64,000 nucleotides of DNA from contig OZ024740.1 of NCBI GenBank assembly GCA_964016885.1, positions 67,208,001-67,272,000 of the forward strand, written 5' to 3'. Source of the stretch: Eledone cirrhosa (lineage: Eukaryota). Below are positions 30,794 through 44,699 of this stretch, piece after piece. The position numbers and the translations under genes are program-made. Numbering within the stretch: position 1 is the stretch's first letter; each line of letters starts with the position of its first letter. The notes under the pieces were generated by a model, which had not been told where the DNA came from, did not search any database, and saw only the letters and a list, made by a program, of their open reading frames with translations.

Positions 30794-30912
30794 CCGAATT
30801 GGTGTGGGAAAGACAGGTACACACGTTGTTGAAGTGTGTTTTTCTCCGTGTGTTTTACGGAGTAAAACACACTTCAATAACATGTGTACCTGTCTTTCCC
30901 ACACCAATTCGG

Positions 30913-30970
30913 ACTGCCTGAAGAGGTCCCAGCCAATGATGGCTTTCACCACCGAAATATATATAGTAGT
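30913..30970 (+). ncRNA. Type-I hammerhead ribozyme (family D)
   Basis: actgc CTGAAGA ggt..acc GAAA tatata TA gtagt. Confidence 0.82.
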
Positions 30971-31083
30971 ATATCTATAATTTATAATAATCGAAGCCAA
31001 ATTTTACATATTTGACTTAATTATTTATATATATACATATATATATATACCGTACACTTATAGAGAATACAGAATTTGATACA

Positions 31084-31249
<166 letters not shown>

Positions 31250-32185
31250 ATTGCCTAAGCCTTCTTAGACATTGTGTATTCTAGCATATGTGTATATATA
31301 TATATTCGCACATGGTTGACGAAATTCAACCTCACCCATATTTGAACATGATCGTATGGGGACCGAAGTTAGATAGCGGAAGGAATAAAATCTAGGAAGC
31401 CTATCACTTCTGTCAGGGACAGCACCTCCAGAGTTTTATGAAATTTACGAACGGCTTCTCGTTTCCTCTTCAATAAACATGTTTTAATTAGCTGATTGTC
31501 TGGCCTGGACGTCCATACTTACGTTAGATCTAAAACAAATTGAACAAAGCTAATCCAAATTAACATAACTATTATCAATGTGTGGATAATTAATTAATTA
31601 AAGACTTTATTTATTTATTTATCTATTTATTTATTTATCTATTGGATATTTTTGCTCGAGCTAGTATAAGATGTTTTTTTTTTATTACAGGAAAACAAAC
31701 AAAAATTCTTACTGAATTATTTTGCATGAAATCGAAGAGACAATATGCTGAAGGTTAAAACACATAGCTGCATATATGTTATGAACGCCATATTATTCGC
31801 TTCTCTGATTTTGGGTTTTGTTTGAATATACTTGTCTTTCTTCTTTATCATTCTTTATATTGTTGTTAAGCTGATCATGAGGATGAAGATAGCTGAAGTA
31901 GTGATGGTATATGTGGTGATTGACAATGGTGATACTAATCGAGATGTTGGGCGGTATTGATAGCAGCTTCGTGTAATATTCATGTGTATTATATGTGTAT
32001 TATTTCTTTTTGTCATGGCTTACGTGTTTGTGTTTCCGTCGGTCCGAAAGAAAATTATCAATTCAAATTTATAACATTCATTAGAGCTGAATTTCAATTG
32101 AATTTTAAAAACTTTACAATCGCGTTCTTTTACAATAATATGGAAGTATACAGTCGTTTCTATTCATGTAACTATCCATCTCTCC

Positions 32186-32263
<78 letters not shown>

Positions 32264-32307
32264 CATGTTTCGCGATTGTTCAGCCCAACGCTGGAATCGT
32301 AAGCTAT

Positions 32308-32534
32308 ATATATTTATTAAAATAACAGATTAAAGTTTAAGCAAAGAATCACTGCTTTCACCTTTAACGGGATCTTCTGATCAGAAGATCCCGTTAAGGG
32401 TGAAAGCAGCGATTCTTTGCTTAAACTTTAATCTGTTATTTTAATAAATATTTGCTCTACGGTTCTTATATATTTGATATATATTTATCCTTATCGAGCC
32501 CTCTTTGGATTTTAGTCTTCAAATTTATTATTAT

Positions 32535-32538
<4 letters not shown>
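32308..32538. mobile_element. Palindromic mini-element E (apex at the hammerhead core)
   Basis: Arms 32310-32380 / 32381-32451 with no spacer; CAGAAGA tccc-gttaa-ggg t GAAA gca..tgc TT; tail 32452-32538. Confidence 0.8.
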
Positions 32539-32594
<56 letters not shown>

Positions 32595-32600
<6 letters not shown>

Positions 32601-32812
32601 AACAACCTGTATGGCTTACCGAAAGTTCATAAATCAAAAGTACTCCAACTCGGAGTAAAAGAACAAAAAAAGTGAGTACGTTAAATTACTACAGCGAAAA
32701 GACTTAAAACTTCGACCTATTATACATGCCCTACCCATTCGGCGAAACATGTGTAAGAGCTTTATAAATATATGATTTAACGGCTTGTAACTCTTTCATG
32801 AATTATTGTGCC
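32595..32812 (+). mobile_element. Internally deleted PLE: short RT fragment fused to hammerhead 3' half and terminus
   Basis: KPNNLYGLPKVHKSK...DLKLRPII followed directly by ggc GAAA catgtg TA; (TA)n flanks. Confidence 0.7.
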
Positions 32813-32904
32813 TATATATATAGGAACGATCGACTTTCGTCAGATCGGACCGAGGAAACAACGTTTCCATTTGATTTTCCAGTTGCTAATACTATCTATC
32901 GGTC

Positions 32905-33032
32905 GCAACTCCAGGTAGAAGGAGCAACGTGAAATAAAGTGTCTTGCTCAAGGACATAACGCATTGCCCGGTCCAGGAATCGAACTCACAACCTCACGAT
33001 TGCGAATCCAATTCTCTAACCACTCAGCCATA
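32905..33032 (-). mobile_element. Family-2 SINE
   Basis: Reverse complement of the 18345-18465 type. Confidence 0.78.
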
Positions 33033-33299
33033 TATATATACATATATATATATGTCTGAAGTTTAAAGTCTGTCTCGAGCCTGGAAGCTCATGAAGTCGG
33101 TGCTTATTTCATGATCCGTAGCCTTAAGGGAGTGAGATTATATAACTCTTCTCGGGAGAAGTCACTAATACATCGCTGGGTTAAAACCCCAGGTATTGCC
33201 CAGACTCATTTTCCGCTGAGTATACTGGAGCAACGTGATCATGATCGCCTATCCAACACCATAACCGCTACGTTACGCGGCTTCGTATATATATGCATG

Positions 33300-33336
<37 letters not shown>

Positions 33337-33611
33337 CACATACCTATACACTTACATTGATACACACGATTAGTAAGCGAACTCATAATGAGACTTTCAG
33401 CAAAATAACGACGTATCAATATATTTCAGAGAAAATTCCAAACGGCTTTCAAAAGTTGTTAAATTTCCAACTTAATGTCCCTGAGGTATACTAACAAATT
33501 GAAAATAATGTCTAAATGAATTCTAAAACTTACCATTTAAAGTCTCTGAGGACTGAATAAAGAAATATGAATATATAAGAGATATATACTTTTATCTATC
33601 GCTCCCTCTCC

Positions 33612-33667
<56 letters not shown>

Positions 33668-33694
33668 ATACATATATATGCGTGTGTGTCTCTG

Positions 33695-33725
<31 letters not shown>

Positions 33726-33938
33726 CTATGTGTGTGTTTATGCCAAGCGAAAAATGAAAAATGCATTTAACACATGACGTGAAAATTGAACATTTATATT
33801 AAGAACAGAGCTTAGACGTTCCGATACAAAAACATGGGTAAATCATTTAAGTACCTACTATTGAGTGATATATATATATACATATATATATATATCGAGA
33901 GATAGAGGGGGTGAGGGAGAAAGAAAGAAAGAGATGGG

Positions 33939-33972
<34 letters not shown>

Positions 33973-34224
33973 GGCGATAGAGAGAGATAGAGAGAGAGAG
34001 AGAGCGCAGAAGAGAGAGAGAAATTAATTCATAAATTACATGAATACACCAATTTTGCAATTGAAGGATTAATATTTATAAGGTATCTGACACGTGTTTC
34101 GTTAATATGTAAGCACATCTAGAGTCACTACCTACGGTTGATCACCAGATATATTGTTAGTAGCAGTAGCGCTGGTCAGATTGTCTTCAAACTTCGTCTT
34201 CCTCCTCCTGCTCCTGCTCCTGTT

Positions 34225-34305
34225 CCTTCTTCTTCTTCTTCTTCTTCTTCTTCTTCTTCTTCTTCTTCTTCTTCTTCTTCTTCTTCTTCTTCTTCTTCTT
34301 CTTCT
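34225..34305. repeat. (TTC)n microsatellite (also 37141-37259, 40195-40280)
   Basis: Directly visible. Confidence 0.95.
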
Positions 34306-35569
34306 CCATTCTGATTGCACTTTTGTTGTTGACGTTATTGATGTTTTTTTGTTATTGTTGTTGTTAATGCCACCTTTCGATGTTGATAATGCTAATGATA
34401 CTTTCATGCTGCTAATTGTATTTTTTCGTTCCTGTTTTTGCTCTAGGTGTGTTTGTCTTTGTCTTTGTTGTATTCACAAATTTTTTGTTGTACTTGACGT
34501 CGTTGTTGCTATTGTGACTGCTGCATGCATTGGCATTGCTTTACCGGAGGTTTTTTTTTAAATCCTATATATACATGGATGTGTGTTTTTGTGTATGTGC
34601 TGTTTATCAGTGCTGCATTTGAAGATTTACTTTTTGGCTGTTTTACCACTGTTTCAGTTATTGTTGTTGCACTTATTGTTGCTGTTGCAGTTATGTGTGT
34701 TGTTGTTGTTGATGATTTTTGTTGTTCTTCTCGTGTTGTTTCCTTTACATGTAAATTAAAAATTATTTATTCATGCAATATTGCTCAGACATTCTTTCGT
34801 CCATCACCCCTTTCAGATTTGATTTTTCTTTTCTATACTGACAAATGTCCGCCTTAAGGGACATATGGAAATGTTTGAAAAATATATTTAAATTTTTAAA
34901 AGAATATTTTCAATAAATAGAAATAAAGGGGAACATTTTTTAAAATTAATAATAAAAATATATATAATACGTAATATGATAAAATTATTTATTTATTTAT
35001 CTTTATTTATTTATTCATTTGACTTCCAATTTCTATTAATATTTTTTCTCTTTAATACGTCACTATTTATACATCTTCACCACATTAATTCTTTCTATAT
35101 ACTTTCTCTCTCATCTCTTCCCATCCCCACACCTCAATATTACAGTACTGTCTTCTTTCTTTCTCACTCTCTATATCTGTGTTTTTCTACCTCCGTATCA
35201 CTCTTTCATTTCTAACCTCTTTTTTCAACCCCCCTTCTCCCCTCTATCACACGCTATCTTACTCCTCTCCATTTACTAACTGTCAATATTTTGATCATTC
35301 CTTTTTGTTCATCATACAGTCATACTCTCTATCATTGTATCATTGTTACAGCACATATCTCTCCTTTATATTTCATTATCTTTACTTTACTTCCATCTTT
35401 CTTTATTTCTTCTTTTCGGTTTTCGCTTCTATTTTAATGTATATACAGGGATATGTAGATCCACATGTATATGTATGAATATGTGTACGTGTTTATTTGT
35501 GTGTGTGATAGAGGCAGTAAGAGAGGTAGAGAGAGAGAGAGGTAGAGAGAGGTAGAGAGAGAGAGAGAG

Positions 35570-35640
<71 letters not shown>

Positions 35641-36184
35641 AGGAAATAAATATTCAGGGAGCGTTTTCTACAGATAGGGTTGCGAATATTTCCGATATCA
35701 TCATTGTATATATGTATATATGTAAATGTGTGTTTATACATATGTGCGTATATATATATATATACACAGAGAGTGAGAGAGAGAGAAAGAGGTCAAATTG
35801 ATGGAAGTAAAAGCGTAAATATGCGGTAACATTTGAGGATACTAGTTTAACGCTCAGACGTCAGAGAAGTCAATGAAAACGATTCTGACTACTCCAGTCG
35901 TCAGCTTACGGAGAAAGAAAGAAATACTTTGGAGAAAAAAGCAGGCATTCTATACTAGTCGGGGGACATGAATTAAAAATCTACCAACATTCCACGCAAA
36001 TTTATGGGGAAGAATTCAATTGTTATATGAAAGAAATCTGGACATTTTTTGTGGTTGTAAAATACTGATATATTGAAAAATTTAAAACATGTCATTAATA
36101 ACATCTAATTTACTATAGAATTCAGTAACGAAAAATTTTCATTTTTACATATATTGATAATAGATTGAATCACAATACTAAAGA

Positions 36185-36870
36185 TGATAGTCTGCGAATC
36201 GTGGTTTCCCTGAGACTCGACCTCCAGATCTGCGAACCTCATAAATGCCGTTGCTGATCCACCATAGATTATTTCGGCCTCAACCACTGTTCTTCCGCTA
36301 CTGTGCCGACATTCTTCCACACCACGCTGCTCTCAACGAGATCATAAAGCATGGCTTGCATACTACAGGCTTGGGCCCCCAGCTCGTGCCGGTGGTGGTG
36401 GACGGTGGGGACGGCCAAAGGCCAGACGGCAAAACTAGCTACCCGTTCCGCGGTGGTAAAAATCTCATCTGGGATTCCACCTGCAGTGACATATTTCTTC
36501 AACTGCAACTTGGTGCTGCCTGTGTCTAACCCAAGCTCTGTTGCACTTCTGGACGAGGAGGAAAAACTCTCCAAATATCGGTCGCTCTCCGGCAAGCGTG
36601 CGGTCCAGCCCGCAGCTTTGGAGACTTTGGGTGTCTTTGGCCCTAGGACCACCATCGCCACAGAGTTGGCTACCATCAGGTGTGAGCCTCGCGAGTTGGA
36701 ATGGCTCTTCCAGCGCGTCTTCCTCACCATCTTCCGCAATAACGCCTTCTCTATTCTGTCCGCTGGGGCCGCGGGGCAGCCAGTTTGTGGAGCCCATTTA
36801 CTCATAATAGTGAGAGATAGGGAGAACGAGAGAGATGGAGGCAGTGGCAGTGGGAGTTTGATTCCGTTGT
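36185..36870 (+). pseudogene. CRE-clade non-LTR retrotransposon 3' fragment (restriction-like endonuclease)
   Basis: HAALNEIIKHGL...GDGQRPDGKT..PFRGGKNLIWDSTCSD then, after a frameshift, EEEKLSKY...PAALETLGVFGP...LFQRVFLTIFRNNAFSIL. Confidence 0.82.
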
Positions 36871-37140
36871 GCTTGGACCTGGTGTATATGTATATATTTA
36901 TTTACCTCACCACATTTTATCACATTACATTTAAAGAGTGATATATGATTTAAACTTCCACATGTTCATGTTTGCATCTGTGTATGTTTAGCAAGTTTCA
37001 AAATACTTTTCAAAGAAAGATTAATTTCTGAAAAATTGAAATCAACTTCTCCTGTAAACCATACAGCACGTAAAGTGTGCAGTGAATATTGTCATTCTTT
37101 GACAGAGCAACAGTACACCGTCAACAAATAAGGGAATAGT

Positions 37141-37860
37141 TTCTTCTTCTTCTTCTTCTTCTTCTTCTTCTTCTTCTTCTTCTTCTTCTTCTTCTTCTTC
37201 TTCTTCTTCTTCTTCTTCTTCTTCTTCTTCTTCTTCTTCTTCTTCTTCTTCTTCTTCTTTCTGAGAGGATCCGTTAGGCTGGAGTCTTCAAAGACCCCTT
37301 CCAGCGGGTCATATTAGAAGCTACCGTCTCCAAATGATCCGATTGGATCCCCAATTGAGACCAGCCCATCTCATGAATATTATCCAGCCATCTTGCACGA
37401 GGTCTACCCCTGAGTCTCCTGCCGGTGTGTTTTGCCGATCTGCCGATCTGGCGATTCTTTCCTAAGACATTCTAACACATGACCATAGTATCAGATGTGT
37501 GGTCACTCAGAGGAGTAGCGGCTGTACCTGGAGTGACTCTCTAATCTCTGAGCTACGTACTCTGTCAAGTAACGTTATTTCTAAGACCCTTCGGAGGAAG
37601 CCCATTGCAGCTGCATGTATTTGCGAACGTACACTTTCGGTCATTATCCAAGATTCATGACCACATGACCATGGGTAAGGCTTGGCACGAATACTGAATT
37701 GAAGATATCGAGTTTGGTTTCTGAATATGGAAGTTGACGCATTACTGCACCATCTACAGCAATTCTTGCACTTTAACCTCCTGCATTCTACCACTCGTGA
37801 ACACAGCCCCAATATACTTGAATTTCTCTACATGCTTCAGTGGAACTCCATTCACATGTA
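37141..37860 (-). mobile_element. RTE-clade LINE 3' fragment with (GAA)n tail
   Basis: GHESWIMT..SQIHAAAMGFLRRVLEITLLDRVRSSEIRESL...GRPRARWLDNI. Confidence 0.82.
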
Positions 37861-38378
37861 CTGTGTAGGGAATCTTTTACTAGAAAAATTCCTCCATATC
37901 GATATATACAGTGGTGCAGAGGAAACCTTGTCAAACATCGATATCTTCTCATTCTATCAATACTGCTATTCAACATCAGAGCAACAACACGTTGATAAGT
38001 AAATGTATGTTATAACTAAATAGAAATCAAAATGAAAATATTCGTACTATAAAGAAACAAGTGGCATTTAATTCCTTTCATAGTCCAACCATTTAATTCT
38101 ATTAAGTTTCAGCCCACATTTCATGTGGTGTATCATTGCTTTAGACACAAGGATATAAGTTGTGTCGCTTGCCTTAAAAATGGCATAACCGAAACATAAC
38201 TCGAGAAAAATATAAGCAAAATCAATACCAGCACAAATTAAAATGAAACGTGGAAAAGTTACTGTCAGAGAAACATATTAGATAATTATGACTATTTCAG
38301 AAAACCAAATATATTTTTTTTAAAGTAATTTATTTTGTATGAACCAATATTTCTTTTCGTTGTGCTGTGTAAATGTTT

Positions 38379-38432
<54 letters not shown>

Positions 38433-38827
38433 AATATATATATATATATATAAACATTAGGTGCATCTTCAAATCTTTATTAACACTTTCCCTCTGAATC
38501 GCGATATACACAGAATTCTCTAAATTTCTAAAGATTAGAATGTTTACTGCATGTGTATGTTTGTGAATGTTTGAGTGGGTATTTATATATTTGTTATGGC
38601 TATTTATATGCTTATTATCATTTATATATACGTAAATATATAGGTAAATACATACATAGTTACATACATACGTACATACGTATGCACGTATATACATACA
38701 TACATGCATAGATAAATAGATGGATAAATAGAAATATACATACATAAACACATACATTCATGAATACATACATACATCCACACATACATACATATACATA
38801 TATACGTACATACATACATACATATAA

Positions 38828-39262
38828 TGAGGAGTTTGCAGATCCAGTATACAAGATACAATTTCAGTTTCATACCCATCATTATTGGAGCTTCAGGTTT
38901 TATACCAATCGGCTTGGACCAAAGTATAACTGAACTTGGATTTGTGGACAAAGAGCGCAGCCCCCTACTTCAAGTGGCTGCGATAGGTGGCACCTTCAAA
39001 ATTTGCAAAACATTCTTGCGATTCAAGGGAGGACAATTTCTTTTCTTTTACATCCTTGCCACCAGGAAGGTGGCCAGTCAAAAATGTACACGAAATTAAG
39101 AGAAAGAGAGACATACATATATACACGCATAAAAGTGATGTAGAGAGAATAAACTGGGCTTCACAGAACCAGAAAGATCCCGGCGAGTTATGAGGTTGCA
39201 GGTACATTCGATTAATGGAACTTTAAAAATATGTGAAGCATTTCAGAAATTCAGCTTGTAAT
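38828..39262 (+). pseudogene. Two C-terminal fragments of an R4/Dong-like REL non-LTR element
   Basis: YNFSFIPIIIGASGFIP...LQVAAIGGTFKICKTFLRF and a second LQVHSINGTLKICEAFQKF*. Confidence 0.6.
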
Positions 39263-40981
39263 AATGGCATACACACACATATATAAATACAGAAATATAT
39301 GTACGTGTACACATATAACTTAAACATGCACATCCACACATGCCATAGCATGCATACCTGCACACACATATATAAACATACACGTACAAGTACTCATAGG
39401 TATTTACCTACTTGATGCTGTCTAAATTTTACTGAAAGAGGTTTGTTTCAATGTTAGAAACACGTTTTCTTTCTACTGGTGAACATTTATAAAATAATAA
39501 AACCAGCAGAAAATACATACATACATATATATCTTTCTCTAATACCTACTCTGTTTTTCGAATCCATTCTTCTTGCCTATTTGCCTATTTGGCTCCCCTT
39601 TTCACTCATCCAATGCTTCATTTATCTTTTCCTTTCTTCTTTCCTTCCGTCACATTCTAGTAGACTTCACTCTCACTCTATCTACCCCACTCACTCTCTC
39701 AGTCATTCCTTCTTTTATCTTTTTAACTTCTCTCTTTCCTCTTCCTTTCATTCATTCTTTCCCGACTTCATTTTTACCGATTCCGTTCCATTTTTCTTAA
39801 TTTTTCATTCTTTTTTCTTTCCTTTCCTTTTCAGCTGTCACCTTTCTTATTTTCTAGATATTTCTTCTTTCCTTCACTCTTTCCTCTCCCATTTTTCATA
39901 TCAATTTTCCTTTAAAATGCTTTAACTTACATTACAATTTCTTTCTAATCTAAATGTTATACCACTTTCTATAAGTGTACTCAGAATTGTGGCACTAGGC
40001 ATCTTGGCCTCGACAGGCATGTGACCCTATATAACACTCATGAAGTTAATGGAGACAGAGAACCTGACCAGATATTTAGGTATTGTTAGTTGCAGTAGGT
40101 CAACATTTGTCCTTGGTCAGGTTATCTTCAAAGATTCAGTAGCTTTTCTGTTTCCTCCAGTTTTGTGCCAATCCTCTAGCTGACTCCTCCTCCTCTTCCT
40201 TCTTCTTCTTCTTCTTCTTCTTCTTCTTCTTCTTCTTCTTCTTCTTCTTCTTCTTCTTCTTCTTCTTCTTCTTCTTCTTCTCTCCCGACTTTCTATATTC
40301 CTCCATATAGTTTGCCCCCCCCCCCCCCACGACTTTTTTTAAAAAGATAGCGAGACCAAACTGAATAAAAAAATTCATATGAGAAATGTCGTTCGCTTAT
40401 AGACTTGGAAAGTTTGATGCAGTTGAACAGTTGAATAAATTTGCATATTTAAGCAGGTTCCTGTCCGAATGAATGACAACGTCTCTGGTATTTTAACACG
40501 TCCTACTGTCTCTCTAGCGCTCCTTTGGGATTTTAGGATTTTCAGAATGTCACTTGTGTCGCAATGAGAGCTAAAGCCAGTTCTTTTATTTGATTTGTTG
40601 CATTTTTATTACTTTATTTTAGTTTTATTATTCTAATGAAGATGGTGGTGGTGGTGGTAGTAGTTTTGGTGGGGGTTATAGTTGTGATGGTGATGAGAGT
40701 GGGTAAGAGGCAATGGTTAGTTTTAGTTGTGGTATTTTTGGAGGAGAAAGAAATGGTGATGGTGATAGGAAAATTATGTTGCCATATATATCTTTGGAAA
40801 CTTTAAGTCAAGTAGAGACTGATTTTATCAATTTTGGCATATATAAGCACACGGAGGCATTGGCGCATACTTATATGCCTGTCAATTTATATGTATCAGC
40901 GATGTGTATATGTGTATATGTATACACACATCCACACATATATACAAACACAGACACACACGCACACATACGCACACACAT

Positions 40982-41049
<68 letters not shown>

Positions 41050-41300
41050 TCATGCATGTGTGGTAAGTTAATATGGTGTGAGTGTCTGATTGTGTTACGC
41101 TGCATGTGTTCTCTGTATAATCTTCCCATTCTTGAGTATTCTTTGTTGCTTGCCTTAGACAATAACGTTTCTACATGAATTCAAAGAAACACACAAGCCC
41201 TACTGTGGCATACCCCCAAATACATACTTACATGCATGCATACTTATGTGCATATATATATATATATATATACATAAGTATGCATGTATGTATTTGAGGG

Positions 41301-41349
<49 letters not shown>

Positions 41350-41354
<5 letters not shown>

Positions 41355-41515
41355 ATAGGGAGAAAAAGACGATTATTAGGAAGAAAAAATATATTTTTTT
41401 CCCTTCATTTTATTCTCTTTTTGTAGATTAGAAAATGTTTAAAATAAAATATTTTACTTTGTGTGAAGTGTCAAGGTATTAGTTAATTTATTTATTAATT
41501 AACAATGGCATTTAT
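41350..41515 (-). mobile_element. PLE-end family X fragment
   Basis: Reverse complement of 51298-51468; between TA tracts. Confidence 0.72.
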
Positions 41516-41563
41516 ATATATATACATATATATATATATTTATATATATATATATATATATAT

Positions 41564-43561
41564 AACAACATCAACAACAAAACACACAACATAGTAAAAA
41601 AACTAAACATTGAAGATAGAACTGAACCTTTGGCATTGAAAAGACCACACTTCAACCTGAAGGATCATAAATCAAACTTTAACTCAAATCCTTCTATTAG
41701 ACTTATATGTCCCTCCAAATCAGATATTGGAATAATTAGCAAAAAAATTTTGGATAGAGTCATCCCACAAATAAGAAAACACGTTATTTTACCACTCTGG
41801 GAAAACACCTCCCAGGTAATTAACTGGTTTAAAAATATTAGATGTAAATCTTCTGCTTCATTTCTACAATTTGATATAGATAATTACTATTCTTCTATAT
41901 CACCTATACTCCTGAACAAAGCATTGATATTTGCTAAAAATAGATCTAACTTAACTTTGGATGACATTAATATTATTACACATGCTAGACTAACACTTAT
42001 TGAATTTCAGAATGAATACTGGACCAGAAACACATATAGTAATCTATTTGATATTACTATGGGTTCAAGCGATTCCGCCCAAATTACTGATCTTGTGGGC
42101 CTCTTTCTCCTTTTCAACATAAATGCCTCCTTTCCCCACCTCAAAGGTGGTTTATATCGTGATGACTGTCTTCTTCTTTCTAACAACCTTAGCCTTTCAG
42201 AAATTGAAAAAAACAAAAAACATATTAGAACATTCCTTAAAGACTATTATAATCTTAATATTACTTTTGAAAAAACAAGTAAAGTAGTAAATTTCCTAGA
42301 TATAACTTTAGATTTAGCTACGGGTATCTACCAACCTTACCATAAACCAAACCAAAACTTACATTACATACACTCACAATCTAATCACCCTAAATCTATC
42401 CTTAAAAACCTTGCATATAATATATCACTTAGAATTTCTAACCTCTCTTCTAACCAAGATGTATTTGATAAAAATGCGACCTTCTATAACGAAGCTCTAG
42501 ATAGAAGTGGCCACAAAAATAGATTAGAATATATACCTTCTACTAAAAATACTGAAAGCATACAACCTAATATTACCAACAAACACCAAATGAAAAGTAC
42601 ACACCTTAATGCCACCCACACTATACCCCAAAATACCAAATCTTCTAATATAAAGTATAGTAACTCTCAAAAAACTACTTATCATACAACTCTAATAAAT
42701 ATTAATAATAAAACTCCTAATAAAAAGGATAAAAAACCTAAATCTACAAATATAACTAAAAATGGTTGTGGTGAGATCATTAACATTAATCCTCCTAGTA
42801 AAAATCACGATACAACCTATAAAAATAATAAAAATAATAAACAACATAGAAACCGTAATAGACGGGTTACTTGGTATAATGCTCCATTTAATTTACAAAT
42901 TAAGGATAATATTGCTAAAAAATTTTTTTATATCCTAGAGAAAAGCTTCCCGCCAAACCACAAATACCATCAAATCTTAAATAGGTCTACAGTTAAATTC
43001 TCATACTCTACAACAAATAACATAAAACAAAATATAAGTGCCTATAATGCATATAAATGTAAGAAAACCATAAGTATACCACCAGTACATCAAATTAACC
43101 ATAATATCTCCTCAAATACAGAATTAACGAAAGGTTGTAACTGTAGAAACAAAGCAAACTGCCCATTAAAAGGGAATTGTCTTGTTAACAACATAGTCTA
43201 TAAATGTAATGTTAAAACTAAAGATTCTATTTGCTCATATATAGGAGCAACCTCTAACAATTTTAAGACAAGGTTTAATACCCACAAGCATAGTTTTAAA
43301 AATGCCGCACTGGCTAATACAACATCTCTAGCAGAAAAAATCAATAGTTATAAAAACAAGAATATAGAATATGATTTGACCTGGAGTGTGCTCAAAAGAG
43401 CCACCCCTTATCAAAATAATAGAAATGAATGTAGATTATGTTCCCAAGAACTATTTGAAATAATGAAATCTAAGGATATCCTATTAAATAAACGACAGGA
43501 ATTAATTATATCGTGTAATCATAAACTAAAAAAAACATTTAAATATTATAAACCTAATTAA
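41564..43561 (+). CDS. PLE reverse transcriptase + GIY-YIG endonuclease, uninterrupted but N-terminally truncated
   Basis: KDHK..RLICPSKS, FLQFDIDNYYSSI, FDITMGS, GGLYRDDCL, NFLDITLDL, SNHP, WYNAPF, CNCR..CPLKGNC, NIVYKC..SYIGAT..FKTRFNTH, CRLC, SCNH; the frame is open back to the TA tract, so the TTG at 41630 is probably not a true start. Confidence 0.93.
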   Translation, partial: NNINNKTHNIVKKLNIEDRTEPLALKRPHFNLKDHKSNFNSNPSIRLICPSKSDIGIISKKILDRVIPQIRKHVILPLWENTSQVINWFKNIRCKSSASFLQFDIDNYYSSISPILLNKALIFAKNRSNLTLDDINIITHARLTLIEFQNEYWTRNTYSNLFDITMGSSDSAQITDLVGLFLLFNINASFPHLKGGLYRDDCLLLSNNLSLSEIEKNKKHIRTFLKDYYNLNITFEKTSKVVNFLDITLDLATGIYQPYHKPNQNLHYIHSQSNHPKSILKNLAYNISLRISNLSSNQDVFDKNATFYNEALDRSGHKNRLEYIPSTKNTESIQPNITNKHQMKSTHLNATHTIPQNTKSSNIKYSNSQKTTYHTTLININNKTPNKKDKKPKSTNITKNGCGEIININPPSKNHDTTYKNNKNNKQHRNRNRRVTWYNAPFNLQIKDNIAKKFFYILEKSFPPNHKYHQILNRSTVKFSYSTTNNIKQNISAYNAYKCKKTISIPPVHQINHNISSNTELTKGCNCRNKANCPLKGNCLVNNIVYKCNVKTKDSICSYIGATSNNFKTRFNTHKHSFKNAALANTTSLAEKINSYKNKNIEYDLTWSVLKRATPYQNNRNECRLCSQELFEIMKSKDILLNKRQELIISCNHKLKKTFKYYKPN

Positions 43562-44500
43562 TAACATTATTTTAGAAATTAATTTAATTTAAATGTTAGT
43601 TAACCTATAAATTTAATTTAATTAAAATTCTATTACAGATGAGAATATAAAATATTATGTAATCATAGATTGTGAAAAACCTTTAAATATTACTAATATA
43701 TACTTAGTAATTTAATTTATAGATTAATTTTAATTTATTTAAACCTTTTATTATAATTCTTTTACAGATAAAATATAACAAAATATCGTGTATCCAATGA
43801 CAGAGAAATAATTTTTAGTATTATAGACCTAATTAATATACATTTTAGAAATATATTTATAATTTGGTTTTAATTTTAATCAACCTAAAAATTTAATTTA
43901 ATTGGCTTAAAATTAGTATCCTTATACAGACGAATTGCAGAATGTCATGTAATCATAGAATGGGATGTGTTTTGGATATATACCTAGTTAATATATTCTT
44001 TGCAATTTTTGAAAAAATATGTATATGTATATGTGTATGTGTATGTGTGTGCGTGTGTATATGTGTATATATGTATATATATATATGTATATATATGTAT
44101 ATATATATGTGTATGTATATGTATATGTATATGTATTAATTTTGATTTCTATTTGCATATAATTATATTCTGCTATTGATAAAATACAATATCTGTTTTA
44201 TTTATTATATACCTAATTAACATATACTATAGAAATAAATATATAATTTTTAATTTAGTTAACCTATAATTTATATTCTACTACCGATGTAATACTTTAT
44301 TTGTTTTTTCCCTATTACTAAATTCATTTCCTAATATTGATACCATAACGTTATTAACTTTAATTTAGTTATACTATAATTAATACTCTACTACTATTTA
44401 ACTTCAAAATTCTGCTTCAAATATTATAAACCTAACTAATTTACACCTTAGAAATCAATATGTTAACTATCTTTAGTTTAGTTAACATATATTTAATGGT
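43540..44500 (+). repeat. Diverged AT-rich tandem subrepeats in the PLE 3' UTR
   Basis: Recurring tattata.acctaattaa...tagaaat...ttagttaacctataa...tacagat units at about 43543, 43820, 44205 and 44422. Confidence 0.6.
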
Positions 44501-44699
44501 ATACTTATTTATTTTGAAATGCATAAATTTTGCCTTATTTCTTGTTTATTGTATTTCCTAACACTGAAAATATGTAAAAACATACATTGGATCTAGATAC
44601 GGATAATATTCTATGTTTCTTGAAACATATATTTACTATAATCCCCTTCTCAACCCCCCCCCCCTTTCCCCCATACTATTATCATCTGTGTTTGTAAGC

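Larger units (their letters stand above)
30586..31026. mobile_element. Palindromic mini-element D with two hammerheads
   Basis: Arms 30683-30849 / 30857-31026; tail 30586-30682 on the minus arm; (TA)n flanks. Confidence 0.88.
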
